Positions 36,901 to 51,900 of a DNA stretch of 64,000 bases are shown piece by piece. The first letter of the stretch is position 1, and each line of letters starts with the position of its first letter. The notes below the pieces were generated by a model. It saw only the letters and a program-made list of their open reading frames with translations, had not been told where the DNA came from and searched no databases. Origin of the DNA: Eledone cirrhosa (Eukaryota); contig OZ024757.1 in NCBI GenBank assembly GCA_964016885.1, forward strand, positions 13,330,001 to 13,394,000. The letters run 5' to 3'. A program made the position numbers and the translations under genes.

Positions 36901-39900
36901 AGTGGTACCAACTGTGGTTGGTACACTGGGAGTAGTTAGTAGGTTAGACATGTAGTAGTGGTACGAATTGTGGTTGGTACACTGGGAGTAGTTAGTAGGT
37001 TAGACATGTAGAAGTAGTATCGACTGTGGTTAGTGTACTGGGAGTAGTTAGCAGGTTAGACATGTAGTAGTGGTACCAACTGTGGTTGGTACACTGGGAG
37101 TAGTTAGTAGGTTAGACATGTAGAAGTGGTACCAATTGCAGTTGGCACACTGGGAGTAGTTAGTAGGTTAGACATGTAGAAGTAGTATCGACTGTGGTTG
37201 GTGCACTGGGAGTAGTTAGTAGGTTAGACATGTAGTAGTGGTACCGACTGCGGTTGGTACACTGGGTGTAGTTAGAAGGTTAGACACGTAGTAGTGGTAC
37301 TGACTGTGGTTGGTGTACTGGGAGTAGTTAGTAGGTTAGACATGTAGTAGGTTAGACATGTAGTAGTAGTACCAACTGTAGTTGGTACACTGGGAGTAGT
37401 TAGTAGGTTAGACATGTAGTAGTGGTACCAATTGTGGTTGGTACACTAGGAGTAGTTAGTAGGTCAGACATGTAGTAGTTGTACCGACTGTGGTTGGTAC
37501 ACTGGGTGTAGTTAGAAGGTTAGACACGTAGTAGTGGTACTGACTGTGGTTGGTGTACTGGGAGTAGTTAGTAGGTTAGACATGTAGTAGGTTGGACATG
37601 TAGTAGTAGTACCAACTGTAGTTGGTACACTGGGAGTAGTTAGTAGGTTAGACATGTAGTAGTGGTACCAACTGTGGTTGATACACTGGGAGTAGTTAGT
37701 AGGTTAGACATGTAGTAGTGGTACCAACTGTGGTTGGTGTACTGGGAATAGTTAGTAGCTTAGACATGTAGAAGTGGTACCAATTGCAGTTGGTACACTG
37801 GGAGTAGTTAGTAGGTTAGACATGTAGAAGTGGTACTAACTGTGGTTGGTGTACTGGGAGTAGTTAGTAGGTTAGACATGTAGTAGGTTAGACATGTAGT
37901 AGGTTAGACATGTAGTAGTGGCACCAATTGTGGTTGGTACACTAGGAGTAGTTAGTAGGTCAGACAGGTAGTAGTTGTACCGGCTGTGGTTGGTGTACTG
38001 GGAGTAGTTAGTAGGTTAGACATGTAGTAGTGGTACAAACTGTGGTTGGTACACTAGTAGTTAGTAGGTTAGACATGTAGTAGTGGTACCGACTGTGGTT
38101 GGTGTACTGGGAGTAGTTAGTAGGTTAGGCATGTAGAAGTGGTACCAACCGTGGTTGGTGTACTGGGAGTAGTTAGTAGGTTAGACATGTAGAAGTAGTA
38201 TCGACTGTGGTTGGTACACTGGGAGTAGTTAGTAGGTTAGACATGTAGTAGTGGTACCAACTGTGGTTGGTACACTAGTAGTTAGTAGGTTAGACATGTA
38301 GAAGTGGTACTAACTGTAATTGGTGTACTGGGAGTAGTTAGTAGGTTAGACATGTAGAAGTGGTACTAACAGTGGTTGGTGTACTGGGAGTAGTTAGTAG
38401 GTTAGACATGTAGTAGGTTAGACATGTAGTAGTGGCACCAACTGTGGTTGGTACACTGGGAGTAGTTAGTAGGTTAGACATGTAGTAGTGGTACCAATTG
38501 TGGTTGGTACACTAGGAGTAGTTAGTAGGTCAGACATGTAGTAGTTGTACCGACTGTGGTTGGTGTACTGGGAGTAGTTAGTAGGTTAGACATGTAGTAG
38601 TGGTACCGAGTGTGGTTGGTGTACTGGGAGTAGTTAGTAGGTTAGACATGTAGTAGTTGTACCGGCTGTGGTTTGTGTACTGGAAGTAGTTATTAGGTTA
38701 GACATGTAGTAGGTACCAACTGTGGTTGGTACACTAGGAGTAGTTAGTAGGTTAGACATGTAGAAGTGGTACTAACTGTGGTTGGTGTACTGGGAGTAGT
38801 TAGTAGGTTAGAGATGTAGTAGTGGTACCAATTGTGGTTGGTACACTAGGAGTAGTTAGTAGGTCAGACATGTAGTAGTTGTACCGACTGTGGTTGGTGT
38901 ACTGGGAGTAGTTAGTAGGTTAGACATGTAGTAGTGGTACCGAGTGTGGTTGGTGTACTGGGAGTAGTTAGTAGGTTAGACATGTAGTAGTGGTACCGAC
39001 TGTGGTTGGTGTACTGGGAGTAGTTAGAAGGTAGACATGTAGTAGTGGTACCAACTGTGGTTGGTACACTGGGAGTAGTTAGTAGGTTAGACATGTAGTA
39101 GTGGTACAAATTGTGGTTGGTACACTAGGAGTAGTTAGTAGGTTAGATATGTAGTAATGGTACCAATTGTGGTTGGTGTACTGGGAGTAGTTAGTAGGTT
39201 AGACATGTAGTAGCGGTACCGACTGTGGTTGGTGTTCTGGGAGTAGTTAGTAGGTTAGACATGTAGAAGTGGTACCACATGTGGTTGGTGTACTGGGAGT
39301 AGTTAGTAGGTTAGACATATAGTAGTGGTACCGACTGTGGTTGGTACACTGGGAGTAGTTAGTAGGTTAGACATATAGTAGTGGTACCGACTGTGGTTGG
39401 TACACTGGGAGTAGATAGTAGGTTAGACATGTAGTAGTCGTACCAACTGTGGTTGGTTTACTGGGAGTAGTTAGTAGGTTAGACATGTAGTAGCGGTACC
39501 GACTGTGGTTGGTGTTCTGGGAGTAGTTAGTAGGTTAGACATGTAGAAGTGGTACCACATGTGGTTGGTGTACTGGGAGTAGTTAGTAGGTTAGACATAT
39601 AGTAGTGGTACCGACTGTGGTTGGTACACTGGGAGTAGTTAGTAGGTTAGACATATAGTAGTGGTACCGACTGTGGTTGGTACACTGGAAGTAGTTAGTA
39701 GGTTAGACATGTAGTAGTGGTACCAACTGTGGTTGGTTTACTGGGAGTAGTTAGTAGGTTAGACATGTAGTAGTGGTACCAATTGTGGTTGGTGTACTGG
39801 GAGTAGTTAGTAGGTTAGACATATAGAAGTGGTACCGGCTGTGGTTGGTACACTGGGAGTAGTTAGTAGGTTAGACATGTAGAAGTGGTATCAACTGTGG

Positions 39901-42900
39901 TTGGTGTACCGGGAGTAGTTAGTAGGTTAGACATGTAGAAGTGGTACCAATTGCAGTTGGTACACTGGGAGTAGTTATTAGGTTAGACACGTAGTAGTGG
40001 TACCGACTGTGGTTGGTACACTGGGAGTAGTTAGTAGGTTAGAAATGTAGTAGTGGGACCAACTGTGGCTGGTCTACTGGGAGTAGTTAGGAGGTTAGAC
40101 ATGTACTAGTGGTACCAACTGTGGTTGGTGTACTGGGAGTAGTTAGTAGGTTAGACATGTAGTATTGGTACCAAATGTGGTTGGTACACTAGGAGTAGTT
40201 AGTAGGTCAGACATGTAGAAGTGGTACCAATTGCAGTTGGTACACTGGGAGTAGTTAGTAGGTTAGACACGTAGTAGTGGTACCGACTGTGGTTGGTGTA
40301 CTGGGAGTAGTTAGTAGGTAGACATGTAGTAGTGGTACCAACTGTGGTTGGTGTACTGGGCGTAGTTAGTAGGTTAGACATGTAGAAGTAGTATCGACTG
40401 TGGTTGGTACACTGGGAGTAGTTAGTAGGTTCCACATGTAGTAGTGGTACCAACTGTGGTTGGTGTACTGGGAGTAGTTAGTAGGTTAGAAATATAGTAG
40501 TGGTACCGACTGTGGTTTGTACACTGGGAGTAGTTAGTAGGTTAGACATATAGTAGTGGTACCGACTGTGGTTGGTACACTGGGAGTAGTTAGTAGGTTA
40601 GACATGTAGTAGTGGTACCAACTGTGGTTGGTTTACAGGGAGTAGTTAGTAGGTTAGACATGTAGTAGTGGTACCAATTGTGGTTGGTGTACTGGGAGTA
40701 GTTAGTAGGTTAGACATGTAGTAGTGGTACCGACTGTGGTTGGTACACAGGGAGTAGTTAGTAGGTTAGACATGGAGTAGTGGTACCAACTGTGGTTGGT
40801 CTACTGAGAGTAGTTAGTAGGTTAGACATGTAGTAGTGGTACCAACTGTGGTTGGTGTACTGGGAGTAGTTAGTAGGATAGACATGTAGTATTGGTACCA
40901 ACTGTGGTTGGTACATTAGGAGTAGTTAGTAGGTTAGACATGTAGAAGTGGTACCAATTGCAGTTGGTACACTGGGAGTAGTTAGTAGGTTAGACATGTA
41001 GAAGTGGTACTAACTGTGGTTGGTGTACTGGGAGTAGTTAGTAGGTTAGACATGTAGAAGTGGTACCAACTGTGGTTGGTGTACTGGGAGTAGTTAGTAG
41101 ATTAGACATGTAGTAGTGGTACCGACTGTGGTTGGTGTACTGGGAGTAGTTAGTAGGTTAGACATGTAGTAGTGGTACCAACTGTGGTTGGTACACTGGG
41201 AGTAGTTAGTAGGTTAGACATGTAGTAGTGGTACCAATTGTGGTTGGTACACTAGGAGTAGTTAGTAGGTCAGACATGTAGTAGTTGTACCGACTGTGGT
41301 TGGTGTACTGGGAGTAGTTAGTAGGTTAGAAATGTAGTAGTGGTACCAACCGTGGTTGGTACACTAGTAGTTAGTAGGTAAGACATGTTGTAGTGGTACC
41401 GACTGTGGTTGGTGTACTGGGAGTAGTTAGTAGGTTAGATATGTAGAAGTAGTCTCGACTGTGGTTGGTGTACTGGGAGTAGTTAGTAGGTTAGACATGT
41501 AGTAGTGGTACCGACTGTGGTTGGTGTACTGGGAGTAGTTAGTAGGTAGACATGTAGAAGTGGTAGCAACTGTGGTTGGTGTACTGGGAGTAGTTAGTAG
41601 GTTAGATATGTAGAAGTAGTATCGACTGTGGTTGGTGTACTGGGAGTAGTTAGTAGGTTGGACATGTAGCAGTGGTACCAACTGTGGTTGGTACACTAGG
41701 AGTAGTTAGTAGGTTAGACATGTAGTAGTGGTACCGACTGTGGTTGGTGTACTGGGAGTAGTTAGTAGGTTAGGCATCTAGAAGTGGTACCAACTGTGGT
41801 TGGTGTACTGGGAGTAGTTAGTAGGTTAGACATGTAGTAGTGGTACCAACTGTGGTTGGTACACTAGGAGTAGTTAGTAGGTTAGACATGTAGTAGTGGT
41901 ACCGACTGTGGTTGGTGTACTGGGACTAGTTAGTAGGTTAGGCCTGTAGTAGTGGTACCGACTGTGGTTGGTGTACTGGGAGTAGTTAGTAGGTTAGGCA
42001 TGTAGTAGTGGTACCGACTGTGGTTGGTGTACTGGGAGTAGTTAGTAGGTTAGGCATGTAGTAGTGGTACAGACTGTGGTTGGTGTACTGGGAGTAGTTA
42101 GTAGGTTAGACATGTAGTAGTGGTACAAACTGTGGTTGGTACACTAGGAGTAGTTAGTAGGTTAGATATGTAGTAGTGGTACCGACTGTGGTTGGTGTAC
42201 TGGGAGTAGTTAGTAGGTTAGTCAACTAGAAGTGGTACCAACTGTGGTTGGTGTACTGGGAGTAGTTAGTATGATAGACATGTAGTAGGTTAGACATGTA
42301 GTAGTGGTACCAACTGTGGTTGGTACACTGGGAGTAGTTAGTAGGTTAGACATGTAGTAGTGGTAACAACTGTGGTTGGTGTACTGGGAGTAGTTAGTAG
42401 CTTAGACATGTAGAAGTGGTACCAATTGCAGTTGGTACACTGGGAGTAGTTAGTAGGTTAGACATGTAGAAGTAGTATCGACTGTGGATGGTGTACTGGG
42501 AGTAGTTAGTAGGTTAGACATGTAGAAGTGGTACTAACTGTGGTTGGTGTACTGGGAGTAGTTAGTAGGTTAGACATGTAGAAGTGGTACCAACTGTGGT
42601 TGGTGTACTGGGAGTCGTTAGTAGGTTAGACATGTAGTAGTGGTACCAAATGTGGTTGGTACACTAGGACTAGTTAGTAGGTCAGACATGTAGTAGTTGT
42701 ACCGACTGTGGTTGGTGTACTGGGAGTAGTTAGTAGGTTAGACATGTATTAGTGGTACCAACTGTGGTTGGTACACTAGTAGTTAGTAGGTTAGACATGT
42801 AGTAGTGGTACCGACTGTGGTTGGTGTACTGGGAGTAGTTAGTAGGTTAGACATGTAGAAGTGGTACCAATTGCAGTTGGTACACTGGGAGTAGTTAGTA

Positions 42901-45900
42901 GGTTAGACACGTAGTAGTGGTACCGACTGTGGTTGGTGTACTGGGAGTAGTTAGTAGGTTAGACATGTAGTAGTGGTACCAACTGTGGTTGGTACACTGG
43001 GAGTAGTTAGTAGGTTAGACATGTAGAAGTGGTACCGACTGTGGTTGGTGTACTGGGAGGAGTTAGCAGGTTAGACATGTTGTAGTGGTACCGACTTTGG
43101 TTGGTACACTAGTAGTTAGTAGGTTAGACATGTAGTAGTGGTACCAACTGTTGTTGGTGTACTGGAAGTAGTTAGTAGGTTAGACATGTAGAAGTGGTAC
43201 CAACTGTGGTTGGTGTACTGGGAGTAGTTAGTAGGTTAGACATGTAGTAGTGGTACCGACTGTGGTTGGTACACTGGGAGTAGTTATTAGGTTAGGCATG
43301 TAGTAGCGGTACCAATTGTGGTTGGTACACTAGGAGTTGTTAGTAGGTCAGACATGTAGTAGTTGTACCGACTGTGGTTGTTGTACTGGGAGTAGTTAGT
43401 AGGTTAGACATGTAGTAGTGGTACCAACTGTGGTTGGTACATTAGTAGTTAGTAGGTTAGACATGTAGTAGTGGTACCGACTGTGGTTGGTACACTGGGA
43501 GTAGTTATTAGGTTAGGCATGTAGTAGCGGTACCAATTGTGGTTGGTACACTAGGAGTTGTTAGTAGGTCAGACATGTAGTAGTTGTACCGACTGTGGTT
43601 GTTGTACTGGGAGTAGTTAGTAGGTTAGACATGTAGTAGTGGTACCAACTGTGGTTGGTACATTAGTAGTTAGTAGGTTAGACATGTAGTAGTGGTACCG
43701 ACTGTGGTTGGTGTACTGGGAGTAGTTACTAGGTTAGACATGTAGTAGTGGTACCAACTGTGGTTTGTACACTGGGAGTAGTTAGTAGGTTAGACATGTA
43801 GTAGTGGTACGAATTGTGGTTGGTACACTAGGAGTTGTTAGTAGGTTAGACATGTAGTAGTGGTACCAACTGTGGTTGGTGTACTGGGGGTAGTTAGCAG
43901 GTTAGACATGTTGTAGTGGTACCAACTGTGGTTGGTGTACTGGGAGTAGTTAGTAGGTTAGACATGTAGTAGTGGTACCAACTGTGGTTGGTGTACTGGG
44001 AGTAGTTAGTAGGTTAGACATATAGAAGTGGTACCGACTGTGGTTGGTGTACTGGGGGGTAGTTAGCAGGTTAGACATGTTGTAGTGGTACCAACTGTGG
44101 TTGGTTTACTGGGAGTAGTTAGTAGGTTAGGCATCTAGAAGTGGTACCAACTGTGGTTGGTGTACTGGGGGTAGTTAGCAGATTAGACATGTTGTAGTGG
44201 TACCAAATGTGGTTGGTGTACTGGGAATAGTTATTAGGTTAGACCTGTAGTAGTGGTACCGACTGTGGTTGGTGTACTGGGAGTAGTTAGTAGGTTAGAC
44301 ATGTAGAAGTGGTACCGACTGTGGTTGGTGTACTGGGAGTAGTTAGTAGGTTAGGCATGTAGAAGTGGTACCAACTGTGGTTGGTGTACTGGGAGTAGTT
44401 AGTAGGTTAGACATGTAGTAGTGGTACCAACTGTGGTTGGTGTACTGGGAGTAGTTAGTAGGTTAGGCATGTAGAAGTGGTAGCAACTGTAGTTGGTACA
44501 CTAGGAGTAGTTAGTAGGTTAGATATGTAGAAGTAGTATCGACTGTGGTTGGTGTACTGGGAGTAGTTAGTAGGTTGGACATGTAGCAGTGGTACCAACT
44601 GTGGTTGGTACACTAGGAGTAGTTAGTAGGTTAGTCAACTAGAAGTGGTACCAACTGTGGTTGGTGTACTGGGAGTAGTTAGTATGATAGACATGTAGTA
44701 GGTTAGACATGTAGTAGTGGTACCAACTGTGGTTGGTACACTGGGAGTAGTTAGTAGGTTAGACATGTAGTAGTGGTAACAACTGTGGTTGGTGTACTGG
44801 GAGTAGTTAGTAGCTTAGACATGTAGAAGTGGTACCAATTGCAGTTGGTACACTGGGAGTAGTTAGCAGGTTAGACATGTAGAAGTAGTATCGACTGTGG
44901 ATGGTGTACTGCGAGTAGTTAGTAGGTTAGACATGTAGTAGTGGTACCAAATGAGGTTGGTACACTAGGACTAGTTAGTAGGTCAGACATGTAGTAGTTG
45001 TACCGACTGTGGTTGGTGTACTGGGAGTAGTTAGTAGGTTAGACATGTAGTAGTGGTACCAACTGTGGTTGGTACACTAGTAGTTAGTAGGTTAGACATG
45101 TAGTAGTTGTACCAACTGTGGTTGGTGTACTGGGAGTAGTTAGTAGGTTAGACATGTAGTAGTGATACCAACTGTGGTTGGTACACTAGTAGTTAGTAGG
45201 TTAGACATGTAGTAGTGGTACCGACTGTGGTTGGTGTACTGGGAGTAGTTAGTAGGTTAGACATGTAGAAGTGGTACCAATTGCAGTTGGTACACTGGGA
45301 GTAGTTAGTAGGTTAGATATGTAGAAGTAGTATCGACTGTGGTTGGTGTACTGGGAGGAGTTAGCAGGTTAGACATGTTGTAGTGGTACCGACTGTGGTT
45401 GGTGTACTGGGAGTAGTTAGTAGGTTAGACATGTAGTAGTGGTACCAACTGTGGTTGGTACACTGGGAGTAGTTAGTAGGTTAGACATGTAGTAGTGGTA
45501 CCAACTGTGGTTGGTACACTGGGAGTAGTTAGTAGGTTAGACATGTTGTAGCGGTACCGACTGTGGTTGGTGTACTGGGAGTAGTTAGTAGGTTAGACAT
45601 GTAGTAGTGGAACCAACTGTGGTTGGTACACTAGTAGTTAGTAGGTTAGACATGTAGTAGTGGTACCAACTGTTGTTGGTGTACTGGGAGTAGTTAGTAG
45701 GTTAGACATGTAGAAGTGGTACCAACTGTGGTTGGTGTACTGGGAGAAGTTAGTAGGTTAGACATGTAGTAGTGGTACCGACTGTGGTTGGTACACTGGG
45801 AGTAGTTATTAGGTTAGGCATGTAGTAGCGGTACCAATTGTGGTTGGTACACTAGGAGTTGTTAGTAGGTCAGACATGTAGTAGTTGTACCGACTGTGGT

Positions 45901-48900
45901 TGTTGTACTGGGAGTAGTTACTAGGTTAGACATGTAGTAGTGGTACCAACTGTGGTTTGTACACTGGGAGTAGTTAGTAGGTTAGACATGTAGTAGTGGT
46001 ACGAATTGTGGTTGGTACACTAGGAGTTGTTAGTAGGTTAGACATGTAGTAGTGGTACCGACTGTGGTTGGTGTACTGGGAGTAGTTAGCAGGTTAGACA
46101 TGTTGTAGTGGTACCAACTGTGGTTCGTGTACTGGGAGTAGTTAGTAGGTTAGACATGTAGTAGTGGTACCAACTGTGGTTGGTGTACTGGGGGTAGTTA
46201 GCAGGTTAGACATGTTGTAGTGGTACCAACCGTGGTTGGTGTACTGGGAGTAGTTAGTAGGTTAGACATGTAGTAGTGGTACCAACTGTGGTTGGTGTAC
46301 TGGGAGTAGTTAGTAGGTTAGACATATAGAAGTGGTACCGACTGTGGTTGGTGTTCTGGGGGGTAGTTAGCAGGTTAGACATGTTGTAGTGGTACCAACT
46401 GTGGTTGGTTTACTGGGAGTAGTTAGTAGGTTAGGCATCTAGAAGTGGTACCAACTGTGGTTGGTGTACTGGGGGTAGTTAGCAGATTAGACATGTTGTA
46501 GCGGTCCCGACTGTGGTTGGTGTTCTGGGAGTAGTTAGTAGGTTAGACATGTAGAAGTGGTACCACATGTGGTTGGTGTACTGGGAGTAGTTAGTAGGTT
46601 AGACATATAGTAGTGGTACCGACTGTGGTTGGTACACTGGGAGTAGTTAGTAGGTTAGACATATAGTAGTGGTACCGACTGTGGTTGGTACACTGGGAGT
46701 AGTTAGTAGGTTAGACATGTAGTAGTCGTACCTACTGTAGTTGGTTTACTGGGAGTAGTTAGTAGGTTAGACATGTAGTAGCGGTACCGACTGTGGTTGG
46801 TGTTCTGGGAGTAGTTAGTAGGTTAGACATGTAGAAGTGGTACCACATGTGGTTGGTGTACTGGGAGTAGTTAGTAGGTTAGACATATAGTAGTGGTACC
46901 GACTGTGGTTGGTACACTGGGAGTAGTTAGTAGGTTAGACATATAGTAGTGGTACCGACTGTGGTTGGTACACTGGAAGTAGTTAGTAGGTTAGACATGT
47001 AGTAGTGGTATCAACTGTGGTTGGTTTACTGGGAGTAGTTAGTAGGTTAGACATGTAGTAGTGGTACCAATTGTGGTTGGTGTACTGGGAGTAGTTAGTA
47101 GGTTAGACATATAGAAGTGGTACCGGCTGTGGTTGGTACACTGGGAGTAGTTAGTAGGTTAGACATGTAGAAGTGGTATCAACTGTGGTTGGTGTACCGG
47201 GAGTAGTTAGTAGGTTAGACATGTAGAAGTGGTACCAATTGCAGTTGGTACACTGGGAGTAGTTATTAGGTTAGACACGTAGTAGTGGTACCGACTGTGG
47301 TTGGTACACTGGGAGTAGTTAGTAGGTTAGAAATGTAGTAGTGGGACCAACTGTGGCTGGTCTACTGGGAGTAGTTAAGAGGTTAGACATGTACTAGTGG
47401 TACCAACTGTGGTTGGTGTACTGGGAGTAGTTAGTAGGTTAGACATGTAGTATTGGTACCAAATGTGGTTGGTACACTAGGAGTAGTTAGTAGGTCAGAC
47501 ATGTAGAAGTGGTACCAATTGCAGTTGGTACACTGGGAGTAGTTAGTAGGTTAGACACGTAGTAGTGGTACCGACTGTGGTTGGTGTACTGGGAGTAGTT
47601 AGTAGGTAGACATGTAGTAGTGGTACCAACTGTGGTTGGTGTACTGGGCGTAGTTAGTAGGTTAGACATGTAGAAGTAGTATCGACTGTGGTTGGTACAC
47701 TGGGAGTAGTTAGTAGGTTCCACATGTAGTAGTGGTACCAACTGTGGTTGGTGTACTGGGAGTAGTTAGTAGGTTAGAAATATAGTAGTGGTACCGACTG
47801 TGGTTTGTACACTGGGAGTAGTTAGTAGGTTAGACATATAGTAGTGGTACCGACTGTGGTTGGTACACTGGGAGTAGTTAGTAGGTTAGACATGTAGTAG
47901 TGGTACCAACTGTGGTTGGTTTACAGGGAGTAGTTAGTAGGTTAGACATGTAGTAGTGGTACCAATTGTGGTTGGTGTACTGGGAGTAGTTAGTAGGTTA
48001 CACATGTAGTAGTGGTACCGACTGTGGTTGCTACACAGGGAGTAGTTAGTAGGTTAGACATGGAGTAGTGGTACCAACTGTGGTTGGTCTACTGAGAGTA
48101 GTTAGTAGGTTAGACATGTAGTAGTGGTACCAACTGTGGTTGGTGTACTGGGATTAGTTAGTAGGATAGACATGTAGTATTGGTACCAACTGTGGTTGGT
48201 ACATTAGGAGTAGTTAGTAGGTTAGACATGTAGAAGTGGTACCAATTGCAGTTGGTACACTGGGAGTAGTTAGTAGGTTAGACATGTAGAAGTGGTACTA
48301 ACTGTGGTTGGTGTACTGGGAGTAGTTAGTAGGTTAGACATGTAGAAGTGGTACCAACTGTGGTTGGTGTACTGGGAGTAGTTAGTAGATTAGACATGTA
48401 GTAGTGGTACCGACTGTGGTTGGTGTACTGGGAGTAGTTAGTAGGTTAGACATGTAGTAGTGGTACCAACTGTGGTTGGTACACTGGGAGTAGTTAGTAG
48501 GTTAGACATGTAGTAGTGGTACCAATTGTGGTTGGTACACTAGGAGTAGTTAGTAGGTCAGACATGTAGTAGTTGTACCGACTGTGGTTGGTGTACTGGG
48601 AGTAGTTAGTAGGTTAGAAATGTAGTAGTGGTACCAACCGTGGTTGGTACACTAGTAGTTAGTAGGTAAGACATGTTGTAGTGGTACCGACTGTGGTTGG
48701 TGTACTGGGAGTAGTTAGTAGGTTAGGCATGTAGAAGTGGTACCAACTGTGGTTGGTGTACTGGGAGTAGTTAGTAGGTTAGTCAACTAGAAGTGGTACC
48801 AACTGTGGTTGGTGTACTGGGAGTAGTTAGTATGATAGACATGTAGTAGGTTAGACATGTAGTAGTGGTACCAACTGTGGTTGGTACACTGGGAGTAGTT

Positions 48901-51900
48901 AGTAGGTTAGACATGTAATAGTGGTAACAACTGTGGTTGGTGTACTGGGAGTAGTTAGTAGCTTAGACATGTAGAAGTGGTACCAATTGCAGTTGGTAAC
49001 TGGGAGTAGTTAGTAGGTTAGACATGTAGAAGTAGTATCGACTGTGGATGGTGTACTGGGAGTAGTTAGTAGGTTAGACATGTAGAAGTGGTACTAACTG
49101 TGGTTGGTGTACTGGGAGTAGTTAGTAGGTTAGACATGTAGAAGTGGTACCAACTGTGGTTGGTGTACTGGGAGTCGTTAGTAGGTTAGACATGTAGTAG
49201 TGGTACCAAATGTGGTTGGTACACTAGGACTAGTTAGTAGGTCAGACATGTACTAGTTGTACCGACTGTGGTTGGTGTACTGGGAGTAGTTAGTAGGTTA
49301 TACATGTAGTAGTGGTACCAACTGTGGTTGGTACACTAGTAGTTAGTAGGTTAGACATGTAGTAGTTGTACCAACTGTGGTTGGTGTACTGGGAGTAGTT
49401 AGTAGGTTAGACATGTAGTAGTGATACCAACTGTGGTTGGTACACTAGTAGTTAGTAGGTTAGACATGTAGTAGTGGTACCGACTGTGGTTGGTGTACTG
49501 GGAGTAGTTAGTAGGTTAGACATGTAGAAGTGGTACCAATTGCAGTTGGTACACTGGGAGTAGTTAGTAGGTTAGATATGTAGAAGTAGTATCGACTGTG
49601 GTTGGTGTACTGGGGGGTAGTTAGCAGGTTAGACATGTTGTAGTGGTACCAACTGTGGTTGGTTTACTGGGAGTAGTTAGTAGGTTAGGCATCTAGAAGT
49701 GGTACCGACTGTGGTTGGTGTACTGGGAGGAGTTAGCAGGTTAGACATGTTGTAGTGGTACCGACTGTGGTTGGTGTACTGGGAGTAGTTAGTAGGTTAG
49801 ACATGTAGTAGTCGTACCAACTGTAGTTGGTTTACTGGGAGTAGTTAGTAGGTTAGACATGTAGTAGCGGTACCGACTGTGGTTGGTGTTCTGGGAGTAG
49901 TTAGTAGGTTAGACATGTAGAAGTGGTACCACATGTGGTTGGTGTACTGGGAGTAGTTAGTAGGTTAGACATATAGTAGTGGTACCGACTGTGGTTGGTA
50001 CACTGGGAGTAGTTAGTAGGTTAGACATATAGTAGTGGTACCGACTGTGGTTGGTACACTGGAAGTAGTTAGTAGGTTAGACATGTAGTAGTGGTATCAA
50101 CTGTGGTTGGTTTACTGGGAGTAGTTAGTAGGTTAGACATGTAGTAGTGGTACCAATTGTGGTTGGTGTACTGGGAGTAGTTAGTAGGTTAGACATATAG
50201 AAGTGGTACCGGCTGTGGTTGGTACACTGGGAGTAGTTAGTAGGTTAGACATGTAGAAGTGGTATCAACTGTGGTTGGTGTACCGGGAGTAGTTAGTAGG
50301 TTAGACATGTAGAAGTGGTACCAATTGCAGTTGGTACACTGGGAGTAGTTATTAGGTTAGACACGTAGTAGTGGTACCGACTGTGGTTGGTACACTGGGA
50401 GTAGTTAGTAGGTTAGAAATGTAGTAGTGGGACCAACTGTGGCTGGTCTACTGGGAGTAGTTAAGAGGTTAGACATGTACTAGTGGTACCAACTGTGGTT
50501 GGTGTACTGGGAGTAGTTAGTAGGTTAGACATGTAGTATTGGTACCAAATGTGGTTGGTACACTAGGAGTAGTTAGTAGGTCAGACATGTAGAAGTGGTA
50601 CCAATTGCAGTTGGTACACTGGGAGTAGTTAGTAGGTTAGACACGTAGTAGTGGTACCGACTGTGGTTGGTGTACTGGGAGTAGTTAGTAGGTAGACATG
50701 TAGTAGTGGTACCAACTGTGGTTGGTGTACTGGGCGTAGTTAGTAGGTTAGACATGTAGAAGTAGTATCGACTGTGGTTGGTACACTGGGAGTAGTTAGT
50801 AGGTTCCACATGTAGTAGTGGTACCAACTGTGGTTGGTGTACTGGGAGTAGTTAGTAGGTTAGAAATATAGTAGTGGTACCGACTGTGGTTTGTACACTG
50901 GGAGTAGTTAGTAGGTTAGACATATAGTAGTGGTACCGACTGTGGTTGGTACACTGGGAGTAGTTAGTAGGTTAGACATGTAGTAGTGGTACCAACTGTG
51001 GTTGGTTTACAGGGAGTAGTTAGTAGGTTAGACATGTAGTAGTGGTACCAATTGTGGTTGGTGTACTGGGAGTAGTTAGTAGGTTACACATGTAGTAGTG
51101 GTACCGACTGTGGTTGCTACACAGGGAGTAGTTAGTAGGTTAGACATGGAGTAGTGGTACCAACTGTGGTTGGTCTACTGAGAGTAGTTAGTAGGTTAGA
51201 CATGTAGTAGTGGTACCAACTGTGGTTGGTGTACTGGGATTAGTTAGTAGGATAGACATGTAGTATTGGTACCAACTGTGGTTGGTACATTAGGAGTAGT
51301 TAGTAGGTTAGACATGTAGAAGTGGTACCAATTGCAGTTGGTACACTGGGAGTAGTTAGTAGGTTAGACATGTAGAAGTGGTACTAACTGTGGTTGGTGT
51401 ACTGGGAGTAGTTAGTAGGTTAGACATGTAGAAGTGGTACCAACTGTGGTTGGTGTACTGGGAGTAGTTAGTAGATTAGACATGTAGTAGTGGTACCGAC
51501 TGTGGTTGGTGTACTGGGAGTAGTTAGTAGGTTAGACATGTAGTAGTGGTACCAACTGTGGTTGGTACACTGGGAGTAGTTAGTAGGTTAGACATGTAGT
51601 AGTGGTACCAATTGTGGTTGGTACACTAGGAGTAGTTAGTAGGTCAGACATGTAGTAGTTGTACCGACTGTGGTTGGTGTACTGGGAGTATTTAGTAGGT
51701 TAGAAATGTAGTAGTGGTACCAACCGTGGTTGGTACACTAGTAGTTAGTAGGTAAGACATGTTGTAGTGGTACCGACTGTGGTTGGTGTACTGGGAGTAG
51801 TTAGTAGGTTAGGCATGTAGAAGTGGTACCAACTGTGGTTGGTGTACTGGGAGTAGTTAGTAGGTTAGTCAACTAGAAGTGGTACCAACTGTGGTTGGTG

